A stretch of 45,804 nucleotides of DNA, taken from assembly GCA_045632705.1 (NCBI GenBank), contig JAZQXE010000121.1, positions 1-45,804 of the forward strand, written 5' to 3'. The notes under the pieces are model-generated. The model searched no databases. It was not told where the DNA came from and worked only from the letters and a program-made list of their open reading frames with translations. The translations under genes and the position numbers were made by a program. This DNA comes from Eubacteriales bacterium (GTDB lineage: Bacteria > Bacillota > Clostridia > Oscillospirales > CAG-272). This document shows positions 29,301 through 37,527 of this stretch, piece by piece. Each line of letters starts with the position of its first letter. Position 1 is the first letter of the stretch.

Positions 29301-31218
29301 CCTCCTGCGTTCCGGGGTACAGATACAAGTCGCGTCCGTTAGCACCAAGTAGGTACCCTCCCATTTGGCTCACGGGAACGTTGAAGTTATAGGCGTTGGC
29401 ACATTCTCTTTCCAAATACCATTTTCCGTCCCATTGAGTTCCCTCCGGTTCATTTCCGGGAGTATAGGGAGATACAGTCTGATTTTTAGTTACGCTGGCG
29501 GTTATCAATACCAGCGGTGTTTGTCCTGCACGGTAGAAGTCCATAAAATAGACGTAGTATCCATCCTCTTTTGGACTCCATTTTGCATATAGCGTCGTAT
29601 TCTCGTAGAAGACGTGATCCGACGTTGCGGGCTGTGTGAGCTCGCTATTCAGATACCAACCGTCAAACGCCATCGCCACGGTGTTGTTTTTCCAAACGGG
29701 CGTAGGAAGCAACGAGAGGCGACTTCCATAATCGACTACCAGATCGTCTGTGGGGTAAAGCTGATCCGAATACTCTCCCGTATCAAACTTGACCGTAACT
29801 AACCTACGCCATTGCGCAGTATAAGTTACGTTTGAGGTTACGGGTCTTGCCAACACTTCCTCAAAGCTGTATACGGTCTGGTTATCGCTTGCCAGCCATC
29901 CTACGAGGGTATATCCATCACGGCTCCATTCGGAAGGAGCGGTTTCAGTGGGCTGATCCTTGTAGGCTACGTATTCCATCACCGTATCAAAGCCGTCGGA
30001 AAGGAAGGTAACTGTAAATTCCGGTGTATACCTCAAATATAATGAAATGGACGTATCCGCTCTGTTTATCCACTGCTGATTTTGCGTACCGTTAGTCTGT
30101 GCATACGCCAAATAGTACGAGGATGATCTGCGATATCGCCATACACTGCTTACGTTGTTGACTGAAACGGACGTTTCCGTGCCGAAGTAAGCACTGTGAT
30201 ATACGCCCAGATCATAATCAAATTTATCCGCCACAGTCCTTTTGGTCGTACTGTCAACGCTGATCGTTCCAAGTTTAGTCACGGAAAGCTCGGATATCCT
30301 GTTTCCATCGTAATCTACGGGGAGCGCATAAACGTCAATGGTATAGACGTTATTTTTTTTATTTATGCTGTAAAGAGGCAGAGAATTTAAATACGCTTCT
30401 CTCACGGCTGCCGTGTGAACGTATCCCAAGATACGAGGATCGTCCTTGGCGAGTTCAACCTCCGTTACGGCGTTATCCCAGTCGCCGCCGACCGTCTTTA
30501 TTAGTTCTCCCTTACCTTCTTCGGTCAAGGGCTCTTCCAACGCCGTTACGATAAGTATCTTGTCGGCATTTCCGTTTCCGTCGGTATCAAGGAACAGAAT
30601 ATTACCGTTGGTATCAACGTATTGATCGGACACGGACAAGATCTGTTTGTCAGCACAAAGCTGCATCATATTATAAACACCGGAGCTGAATGGGATAGCG
30701 TCCTGCGGCACGTCGGCGTAATGCAAGCAGAAGGCTGCAAACATCGCCGACCAATCCCAGTGGGGATTACCGTACCATTGACCGTATCTGGTGATTCCCT
30801 GCTTGGTCTCACCATCATCAGCAACTATGTAATTATTGTCGCTTTCAGCAATTCCGATCTGCGATATAGCAATACGAGCCAGATTTTCCGACCAATATTT
30901 TCCAAGCTCATCCGGCAGAGACGCTTCCCAGATTTCTGCGTTTTCCACGTCTGCCGAAGGATCGGAGTAGCAACGGATACTGTGAATATGCTCGTCGTGA
31001 CCGCATATTAAGCTATCCCCATCCAAACAATCCTCGGTATGCAGATGCTCCTCGCAGCCGCACGAAGCGCCGTTTGCTATGGCAACGCCCGTCATACGCA
31101 GATTCCACACCGTGACGAGCGCAACGATAAGTGACAGAACTGAAATTATGATTACAGCGTACCGCCACCGTCGTTTTTCAGTATTCAATTGTAACAAATA
31201 CTGTTCAATGAAACTCAT
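26368..31218 (-). CDS. Large LPXTG-anchored tip adhesin with Cys/His motif, degenerate CHAP-like domain, InlB-B-type repeats and a SpaA-type domain
   Basis: About 8 repeats of the form V.F/Y....(R.GY.F.)GW.....T.YAxW; E-box-like YKLVEQRAPNGY; LPSTGG sorting signal. Confidence 0.82.
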   Translation of the reverse strand: MSFIEQYLLQLNTEKRRWRYAVIIISVLSLIVALVTVWNLRMTGVAIANGASCGCEEHLHTEDCLDGDSLICGHDEHIHSIRCYSDPSADVENAEIWEASLPDELGKYWSENLARIAISQIGIAESDNNYIVADDGETKQGITRYGQWYGNPHWDWSAMFAAFCLHYADVPQDAIPFSSGVYNMMQLCADKQILSVSDQYVDTNGNILFLDTDGNGNADKILIVTALEEPLTEEGKGELIKTVGGDWDNAVTEVELAKDDPRILGYVHTAAVREAYLNSLPLYSINKKNNVYTIDVYALPVDYDGNRISELSVTKLGTISVDSTTKRTVADKFDYDLGVYHSAYFGTETSVSVNNVSSVWRYRRSSSYYLAYAQTNGTQNQQWINRADTSISLYLRYTPEFTVTFLSDGFDTVMEYVAYKDQPTETAPSEWSRDGYTLVGWLASDNQTVYSFEEVLARPVTSNVTYTAQWRRLVTVKFDTGEYSDQLYPTDDLVVDYGSRLSLLPTPVWKNNTVAMAFDGWYLNSELTQPATSDHVFYENTTLYAKWSPKEDGYYVYFMDFYRAGQTPLVLITASVTKNQTVSPYTPGNEPEGTQWDGKWYLERECANAYNFNVPVSQMGGYLLGANGRDLYLYPGTQEVCRAIFVTYGTKVDPVTVTIGGTIDLDQYRPERQGYVFAGWTLKDGTSVSGVQKLNETTTFYATWDSGYVPFEAILRIENANDTGMTQADIIGTWYAKAGSHILVRSSYSGSGNNRTGSHQVVSVIDGVEYPVYTNAALTQKATLSDVYATYFIYNNTSTTWSDEVNWDDVYTGGEVPYSTRPISSAGDTIINFDYMRVRNDIVFTISNSNSGAYIDVFKLYRDGLITGSVTYTGTKPTTTGKNVSATGVSAENIRWSYTAASSVGDNSNNYYTLHNMKYGQRIYEVYPVGGSWLTTRDTAFHWYLTGNSQKFSSRREDLSADFFSGSGRKLTPYSLTAVFDDQDKIALMYAVECLPGEKADFTIDGVGYKVQTQLSEVVNHSGDFTQKELLGCVKDGSASYTNLNSTTSKLGGTSVKTLFGTTYWNYYNVYDGVDSLRDIDKAYIFYYTRLHINIQFNFGYDSNGDGSNEIVKYENVAYGEKIGEYQFGMPSYAYHALLQREGYEFAGWLDTNGFVLEAEDWESMVVVGDSENNTMIFIAKWEKISNNIVEYYDDRSSTDPFESHYFDDGELLQYPTMTVYPQGWVWQEYGEGQFQRFDWDVPMYGEYGVQEIRVINGEEVVVNVIRIYGTWDESHTTVVYDPNAPQGGIPGSAPKDDNEYTIWQSEVPVASRGETANSDLNMIFVGWLLDRNGIVYQPGDHVPVRWPRTMIFTAQWAKAEDVVYLRYDPNGGTPIDIYPNETGFAYKINATASVWGNVKTDGTAWFTRAGYTFIGWNTAPDGSGTAYAPDSPIALTQTLTTLYAQWEKNTHILSLHKIDSEQNKPLSGAIFGLYLYENGEFRLVQTLTTDTDGRVSFSELLPEVLYKLVEQRAPNGYAIITKEIFFKLIPANNTVSFSFCDAYGNTSETPSGINAEYYTGNKTLTLTVENLRGYALPSTGGSGTFIYMICGLILVLGPFVYGFSLRRRNKRRSKN

Positions 31219-31251
31219 AAACGTTTTTCCTTTGATAACTACACTCTTGAT

Positions 31252-31839
31252 TTAAAACAAACTTATACTTTTTAGCGGCCATACTCTGAAGAAGACCTTT
31301 CCGACGATCTGATCCTTTGCAACGCATCCGATCAGGGTATTTCGGGAGTCGATCGAGTTTTCTCGCATATCGCCCACTACAAAATACTGCTCCGGGGGCA
31401 CTTGGAACGGAAATTCCAGATCACATTCTCCAAGTGACATTTGCTGTACGTAAGGCTCATCCAGTTTCTCGCCGTTAAGATATATGCTGCCGTCGACGTC
31501 TATCTCGATCATATCACCCGGCAGCCCGATCACTCGCTTTATCAAGAGCTTATTGTTCCAAGTAAAACCGCAAAGCTCTCCACGCTCGAAGCGGGTAGTC
31601 TTCATCAGTAAAACGATATCACCGTTTGAGAGTGTCGGCTCCATACTCGTTCCTTCGATCTGAAGCACGGGCAAGACGAGCGTTGATATCAAAACCGCAA
31701 CTGCAGCAACGATAGTCAACACGTATACCGTTCCTCTCAGCGCTTTGTTATACGCTTTTTGTCGGCGGTAGCGTTTTCTCTCGGTTTCGACCTGTTTTTT
31801 GGTAGGAAGTGAGACTTCCTTTTTGTCTTTTTCCATCAT
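31252..31839 (-). CDS. lepB: Signal peptidase I, pilus-locus associated
   Basis: GTSMEPTL (Ser), IKRVIGLPGD (Lys), GDMRENSIDSR. Confidence 0.92.
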   Translation of the reverse strand: MMEKDKKEVSLPTKKQVETERKRYRRQKAYNKALRGTVYVLTIVAAVAVLISTLVLPVLQIEGTSMEPTLSNGDIVLLMKTTRFERGELCGFTWNNKLLIKRVIGLPGDMIEIDVDGSIYLNGEKLDEPYVQQMSLGECDLEFPFQVPPEQYFVVGDMRENSIDSRNTLIGCVAKDQIVGKVFFRVWPLKSISLF

Positions 31840-31878
31840 TTTGATCACCCGTTAAACGAATGATTCTGCTTTAAGCGT

Positions 31879-32232
31879 TTATTTGGCAGAATCGTCATCG
31901 CTGTGTGTCTTTTTTGCTGCAGAGGTAATAGCTTCTGCCTCTGCGCGAGCCGCTGCAAGTATCCTGTCGCGCTCTTCTTGCGCTTCCTTGTGCATCAACT
32001 TGATCTCACAAAGATACTGCTCTGCGGCGTTTTGGGCATTTTTAAAGCAATCGTTTATTTCAAGCGCTGCTACTGCTATGTTGCCTGCTTGGCTGATACG
32101 CAGACGTTTGTCCTCCAACTCTTTTTGCAGAGACAAGTTGCTTTCGCCAAGCTCGTCTACCTTCAGCTGAAGCTGATAAATAATTTCTATAAGCTGTGCT
32201 CTGCGCAGGCGTTTAAATTCCTTATCAGTCAT
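31879..32232 (-). CDS. Small coiled-coil protein (DivIVA-like character)
   Basis: Heptad-rich, with AQNAAEQY and ILAAARAEAEAI segments; sits between the membrane protein and the signal peptidase. Confidence 0.6.
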   Translation of the reverse strand: MTDKEFKRLRRAQLIEIIYQLQLKVDELGESNLSLQKELEDKRLRISQAGNIAVAALEINDCFKNAQNAAEQYLCEIKLMHKEAQEERDRILAAARAEAEAITSAAKKTHSDDDSAK

Positions 32233-32251
32233 TTCGGAAATCCTCTCACAC

Positions 32252-33136
32252 TCATAAAACGATATCTAAAAGGAGAAAGAACATAAAGATCATAGGCCCG
32301 ATAAACTGTACCAACAGTCCGCTCAACGCACATTTCATTCGACGCAACGCAACGGATGCGGCGATAGAAAACGTCGTGATAGGCGGAATACACAGGAATA
32401 TCTGATAAACTATACCGTCCGTATTGATAACAAGCTGAATGAACGCTACTACGATAACGATAAAAGGCAGAGCCATAAAGAATATCAGAACGTTCATCAC
32501 GATAGAAAGTATATCGATCGTTTTGTACGGGACTTCCTTGTCCCGTCTGACGAAAATGATACAAGCGACTATCGCTAAAATACCAATCAACGTCAAGACA
32601 AGCGCACTCGAGAGGTGGAGTCTTGAAAATCCGGCGAAAACGAAAGAGTTATCAACGGGCTGCGGATACTCCCAGCTGACGATCTCGGCGTCGAAGTTGC
32701 CGAGGTGTTCCTCGTCGTCGTATTCAGCGCCCTCAACGTCGTAAACTGCAAGATACGGATCCTCGTTGTAGTCGTCGTACTCGGCGTCTCCCATGAGATA
32801 ATAGTCGGAGAATATCAATACGATACAGAGATCAAGATCCCCCTTTTGATCGATCAAAAAGGCGCCTGAGCTCCCCTCGGGATCATCACTCAAAAAATAT
32901 CCGTCGTAATATCTGTATTTTGGATCTTCTCCCTCTCCGTGTCCGTGGTATTCACTTCTGTAAACGCCCTCAAGCGTCTTCGTTTCACCATTTAAAACAT
33001 AGGTAACGGAAAACTCAAAATCCCGCTCGGTTACGGTAGGCTCCATCACGATACCCATTACCAAGAAGGATATTAAAGATAAGATGAGAGCGACAGAAAA
33101 TATAATCGTCGTTATCTTAATATTTTTTGCGTTCAT
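32252..33136 (-). CDS. Hypothetical membrane protein
   Basis: One N-terminal TM, acidic Tyr-rich extracytoplasmic domain, about 4 C-terminal TMs; GAGGGG RBS before ATG 33136. Confidence 0.7.
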   Translation of the reverse strand: MNAKNIKITTIIFSVALILSLISFLVMGIVMEPTVTERDFEFSVTYVLNGETKTLEGVYRSEYHGHGEGEDPKYRYYDGYFLSDDPEGSSGAFLIDQKGDLDLCIVLIFSDYYLMGDAEYDDYNEDPYLAVYDVEGAEYDDEEHLGNFDAEIVSWEYPQPVDNSFVFAGFSRLHLSSALVLTLIGILAIVACIIFVRRDKEVPYKTIDILSIVMNVLIFFMALPFIVIVVAFIQLVINTDGIVYQIFLCIPPITTFSIAASVALRRMKCALSGLLVQFIGPMIFMFFLLLDIVL

Positions 33137-33144
33137 ACTTCCCC

Positions 33145-34326
33145 TCATTTTACGTCAAAACAGATACTGTCGGTCTTTTCAAGCAGTATTGCGAGCATCT
33201 GCTTGCATCTCGCTATCTTTGCGGGGCTATCCGACTCCTCGGGACGGCGGATAGCTCGACGAAGCATACGGGTATATCCGATTATCATCGCCTTTTCCGC
33301 GATATCACGGCATACTGCCTCGTCATCGGTTCCGAGATACGACTTAAGAGACATATCCCAGAATTTCTTGCCCGTTTCAACGTCGTAGCCGAAGAAATCG
33401 ATAATTACCTGATTATCCACCTCGGAATAACCGACGAACGCGTTGAACATCGAACCAAGCTCAAATACGGGATGTCCCATACAAAGCGTATCCATATCAA
33501 TGAGAAGCGGCTCGCCATTCTGTACCATTACGTTGTTGGTGTGATAATCACCGTGCATGAGGGTATTTCTCTTTGGCACTTCCTTTATCAAGGAGATAAG
33601 CTTTTTACCCTGCTCCTCGGGTATATGAGAAGATACGAACTGAGCCCAGGAGAGCGCCGTTTCTTTCATATCGGGAACGAGTCCGTCGTCAACCTCTATT
33701 GCGTGGATGCTCTTGAGCATATCGATATAATATTTTACCGCCTCGGTCATATCCTCGGGGTTTTGTCTGATGAGCTTGGTAACGCTTGATGCGTTCAATA
33801 GCTCAGTTACGGTACCGTATCCCTCTCCTACTCGTACTATTCCGTAGGGGATGGCGGTATTGATGCCGAGCACGAAAGCGCGTCTTGCGTTTTCGCGTTC
33901 TTGTTTTATTTCGGGAAGTGCGTCCTTTGCAAAATAAGTTTTGAGAATAGTTTCGTCGTCATAACGGTAGACGGCTCCGTTTGCACCCTTTGCGATAAAC
34001 TCACATCCGTCGGTGCTCATTTGCGGATACGCCTTCTCTACCGTGACCATCTCGGTAAATCCCGTCATATCGAATATCTCGTATACGTCGGGGCTGACGT
34101 TGATGATAGCGAGCTTGGGCTCTTCCTTTCTCATCTTCAGTATCACGCGCAGACCTGCCGAGGAAACGTACTCGAGCTTGTCAGCGTCGAAAACGACGTG
34201 CTTTCCCTCATTTTCGTTTTTAATATTAAATATTTTTTCTTCTGCCAAAGATGCGTTTGAAGCATCTATTCTTCCTTCTAACGCGACGTAGAGAATATCT
34301 TTGTCAACACGATAAGAAACGTCCAT
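33145..34326 (-). CDS. STAS (anti-sigma antagonist) domain fused to an APH/choline-kinase-like phosphotransferase
   Basis: LEGRIDAS, LEYVSSAGLRV, IFDMTGF (STAS); KGANGAVY, HGDYHTNN, IDMD (phosphotransferase). Confidence 0.85.
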   Translation of the reverse strand: MDVSYRVDKDILYVALEGRIDASNASLAEEKIFNIKNENEGKHVVFDADKLEYVSSAGLRVILKMRKEEPKLAIINVSPDVYEIFDMTGFTEMVTVEKAYPQMSTDGCEFIAKGANGAVYRYDDETILKTYFAKDALPEIKQERENARRAFVLGINTAIPYGIVRVGEGYGTVTELLNASSVTKLIRQNPEDMTEAVKYYIDMLKSIHAIEVDDGLVPDMKETALSWAQFVSSHIPEEQGKKLISLIKEVPKRNTLMHGDYHTNNVMVQNGEPLLIDMDTLCMGHPVFELGSMFNAFVGYSEVDNQVIIDFFGYDVETGKKFWDMSLKSYLGTDDEAVCRDIAEKAMIIGYTRMLRRAIRRPEESDSPAKIARCKQMLAILLEKTDSICFDVK

Positions 34327-34358
34327 TTATTTACTCCTTTTGTAAGATATGGTGATAA

Positions 34359-34655
34359 TCACTCAATAACCAAAATATCGGCAAATCCGGTCATCTCAAA
34401 GACCTCCATGACCTCGTCGCAGACGTTTATCACTTTCATACTTCCGATCTTCTGCATCTTCTTCTGTGCTCCGAGAAGGACTCGAAGTCCTGCGCTCGAT
34501 ATGTACTCCATTCCCTTTACGTCAAGAACGAGGTTTATCGTATCTGCCAAGTCCTCGTTTATCGTTTTGTCAAGCGTGGGTGCCGTTATGGTATCGAGTC
34601 TTCCCGATACCTCAACAACGGTCTGTTCTGCATTTTTCTTTATTTCAATAGTCAT
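34359..34655 (-). CDS. STAS-domain anti-sigma-factor antagonist (RsbV/SpoIIAA-like)
   Basis: GRLDTITAP, MEYISSAGLRVLL, VFEMTGF. Confidence 0.92.
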   Translation of the reverse strand: MTIEIKKNAEQTVVEVSGRLDTITAPTLDKTINEDLADTINLVLDVKGMEYISSAGLRVLLGAQKKMQKIGSMKVINVCDEVMEVFEMTGFADILVIE

Positions 34656-34670
34656 TTTCGTCGATCTCCT

Positions 34671-37511
34671 TTAAATTTTCTTGATCATAGTAAGAACGTT
34701 TTCTCCGTTTTCATAAACGTAATCAACGCTATCCATAGTCTTTTTGGTGATGAAGATACCAAGACCTCCTATCTCTCGCTCCTCGGCTGAAAGTGTGAGG
34801 TCGGGATCAGGCTTCTGCAGAGGATCGAAGGGGATACCCTTGTCGCTCATACGGAATTTCACCTCGCGGCTTGAAGAGTCAAAGCCGATGGAAAGTGTAA
34901 GCTCTCCCTCGAAATCGGGATAGGCGTAGTGAGCAACGTTAACGAACACTTCTTCGATCGCAACGCATATAGCCGTTTGTATCTTATTCGGACATTCAAA
35001 GCTCTCAAGAGCGCTTTCAACAAATCCGAGCACGTCCGTCAGGGATGCGGTTTTTGCGGGGAAAGTTTTATTCGTCATACGCTCACCTCCTTTTCCCATT
35101 TTATAATCGAGCATCAACATCGTAATATCGTCAAACTGCGGTGCTTCGCCTACGAAAATGTCAATATTTGCTTTCAGCGACGGCAAGATCTCCATCGGTT
35201 CTATTGATGCGTTTTCGTTCATAAAGGCAAGCAGTCTTCCCTCTCCGTAAAGCCGGTTTTCGGAGTTGGTCGCTTCAGGCACTCCGTCCGTATACAAGAA
35301 CAATCTGTCTCCTGCATCGAGCGTGATCTCGCTGACGCGATAACGGACTCCCTCCATACCCGCAAGGACGAATCCTGCGCGAGTACGAAGATACTCAAAG
35401 CTACCGTCTGCACGCCTGAGCAGAGGCGGGTTGTGGCCTGCATTGGCAAACTGAACGTTTCCGCTCTTAAGATCGAGAATACCCATCCAGGCGGTAACGA
35501 ACATACCGGATTCGTTATTTTCACAAAGCTTTTCGTTTGCCTTGGTGAAAATGTCGTTGACTGCCATACCGCTTTCGGCAAGGTCCTTGATGATCGTTTT
35601 TGCCGTCATCATAAACATAGCCGCGGGAATTCCTTTTCCCGAAACGTCAGCAACGAGGAAGGCAACGGTAGTTTCGCTTAGCTTGTAGAAATCGTAGAAA
35701 TCTCCGCCGACTTCTTTTGCCGCTATCATCTGCGCGTATATCTCGTAATCCTCATCCTTGGGGAAATTCGTGGGCAGAGCCGAGAGCTGTATCTGCTTTG
35801 CATATTCAAGTTCCTTATCAATACGCGCTGCAGCTTCTGCAATATATCTTTTCAGAGTGGAAACGGTTGAGTTTATATCGTCGGAGAGTGAGGAAAATTC
35901 CTCGTTTGAGCGTACGTCGACCGTTACGTTCAAGTCTCCGTCCGTAATACGTCCGAGTGTGTCGTTTATCTTTTTGAGGTTGTTTATGATAACGCGCTTT
36001 ATAAGCACGTAGATAAAGACGAAAAGAGCTGCGAATATCAGTACCTGCATAAATATGCTCGTGTAAAGCGAGGCGTCTCTCATAAACATCGCTTCTGCCT
36101 CGGGCATAGCGGCTATGATGCAGTATCCCTCAACGAACTTGAAAACGTACATATATTTGATACTGTCGTCGGTAATGCCGTCTTTGATATTTGCGTAATA
36201 CAAAGCGGTAGCGGTCTTGCCGTTCTCCATTTCACCCCGGGGATCTATGCCGATAGTGGAAATGGGCAGTCCCGCATACTCGTTGTCGATAACAAGAGAA
36301 AGATTGTCGTCGCAAACCGCAACGAAGCCTCCCGTACCGACGTGGCGGTTTTTGGTAACGTCAACGACGAACCCGTTGAGCATAGAGTGAAACTGCTCAG
36401 CGTCGTATCCGACCTGAATAAATCCGCCGCGCGTCAAATTGATAGCGGCGTATTTTCTCCAAACCGTCTCGTCCTTACCTCTGGGGGAGTATTCCTGAAC
36501 GAAGGAATCCTGAGTTTTGAGCTTGTCAACGAATTCCTTTGACTGCGGTTTGCTGTTCATATCGTAGGTTCCGATCACGTCGGGTTCCGTAGAATTGACG
36601 ATAAGACCGTTTTTATTTACGATATTTATTTCTTCAACGCCATACTTTATCGCAAGAGAATCCAAAAAAGTGCCGTCGAGGTTATTTTCATACTCCTCGC
36701 TTACTTTTTTTGCGATCTCAAGAAGCTGTGCGTCGGATTTTCCTTTTATATCCGCTTCTACGTCGTTTATGGCGGCAGTAAACACCTCTTGAGTTTCGAT
36801 CTGCGCCATTCCGTTTTGCAAAAAGAAGGTAAAAGTACTCGTTATAAGATACGCTATAACGATGCACAAAAGAAGCCATCGCTGAAACGTATTTGCAATA
36901 CGCTCGCTTCCCTTTTTTCTCACGAATCTCTCGTGACTCAAAATAGTTACGATAACTATCGCCATACCAACCGCTGCGGCATTTCCGAGTATCATCGGGA
37001 AGGTAGCGCCCTTTACGAATTCAAATGCGTAGGCGGAGTCGTCCATATTCGTAAGAAAGATAAGGATCATATGGATAACCTCGCAAACTACGGCAATACA
37101 AATACCGTAGCCCCAGGTCGGCTTTTTGTTATCAAACATCAGCTTTCTGAGTCCCGCCGCCATAAATCCCGCAAGGATAGTGGCAACGCTGCACGCGAGC
37201 TGCGTATACAAACCGCCGCCCCAATATACCGAGAACCAACGGAAAACTCCTCCGATAATTCCCGAGATGATACCCGCGGGAGCACCGAAGATAAGGCCTG
37301 CTGATAAAGGCGCTGCGTCACGCACGTTTACGGTAGTACCGAGAAGCTCAACGCCGTAGCTTGAAGCAAAAGCAGAAACGCATCCGAACGAAGCTCCGAT
37401 AATAAGCTGTTTTACCATATACGGCAACTTTTTGGCCGGGGTATACTTATCCGCAAGATAAACCGCTAAAACGAGAAGACAGTTGATAAATATCGGAATG
37501 ATCAATCTCAT
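34671..37511 (-). CDS. Membrane sensor: 5TM-LYT + extracytoplasmic sensor + HAMP + SpoIIE/PP2C phosphatase + RsbW-like kinase
   Basis: NVRD...GLIFG...GIIGG.FR (5TM-5TMR_LYT); GDLNVTVDVRSNEEFSSL (HAMP); VGGDFYD, DVSGKG, AGHNPP, YTDG, DDIT (PP2C); EEVFVN...YAY, DKGIPFDP, GGLGI (HATPase). Confidence 0.88.
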   Translation of the reverse strand: MRLIIPIFINCLLVLAVYLADKYTPAKKLPYMVKQLIIGASFGCVSAFASSYGVELLGTTVNVRDAAPLSAGLIFGAPAGIISGIIGGVFRWFSVYWGGGLYTQLACSVATILAGFMAAGLRKLMFDNKKPTWGYGICIAVVCEVIHMILIFLTNMDDSAYAFEFVKGATFPMILGNAAAVGMAIVIVTILSHERFVRKKGSERIANTFQRWLLLCIVIAYLITSTFTFFLQNGMAQIETQEVFTAAINDVEADIKGKSDAQLLEIAKKVSEEYENNLDGTFLDSLAIKYGVEEINIVNKNGLIVNSTEPDVIGTYDMNSKPQSKEFVDKLKTQDSFVQEYSPRGKDETVWRKYAAINLTRGGFIQVGYDAEQFHSMLNGFVVDVTKNRHVGTGGFVAVCDDNLSLVIDNEYAGLPISTIGIDPRGEMENGKTATALYYANIKDGITDDSIKYMYVFKFVEGYCIIAAMPEAEAMFMRDASLYTSIFMQVLIFAALFVFIYVLIKRVIINNLKKINDTLGRITDGDLNVTVDVRSNEEFSSLSDDINSTVSTLKRYIAEAAARIDKELEYAKQIQLSALPTNFPKDEDYEIYAQMIAAKEVGGDFYDFYKLSETTVAFLVADVSGKGIPAAMFMMTAKTIIKDLAESGMAVNDIFTKANEKLCENNESGMFVTAWMGILDLKSGNVQFANAGHNPPLLRRADGSFEYLRTRAGFVLAGMEGVRYRVSEITLDAGDRLFLYTDGVPEATNSENRLYGEGRLLAFMNENASIEPMEILPSLKANIDIFVGEAPQFDDITMLMLDYKMGKGGERMTNKTFPAKTASLTDVLGFVESALESFECPNKIQTAICVAIEEVFVNVAHYAYPDFEGELTLSIGFDSSSREVKFRMSDKGIPFDPLQKPDPDLTLSAEEREIGGLGIFITKKTMDSVDYVYENGENVLTMIKKI

Positions 37512-37527
37512 CTTATCTCTCTCCTCA

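Noticed and set aside
33127-33789. 220-aa plus-strand ORF (likewise 12504-13082, 16180-16767, 16852-17502, 37858-38487)
   Set aside because: Shadow ORFs opposite better-supported genes.
33145-34326. Aminoglycoside resistance gene
   Set aside because: The APH-like fold alone does not imply resistance; the STAS fusion and signalling context argue otherwise.
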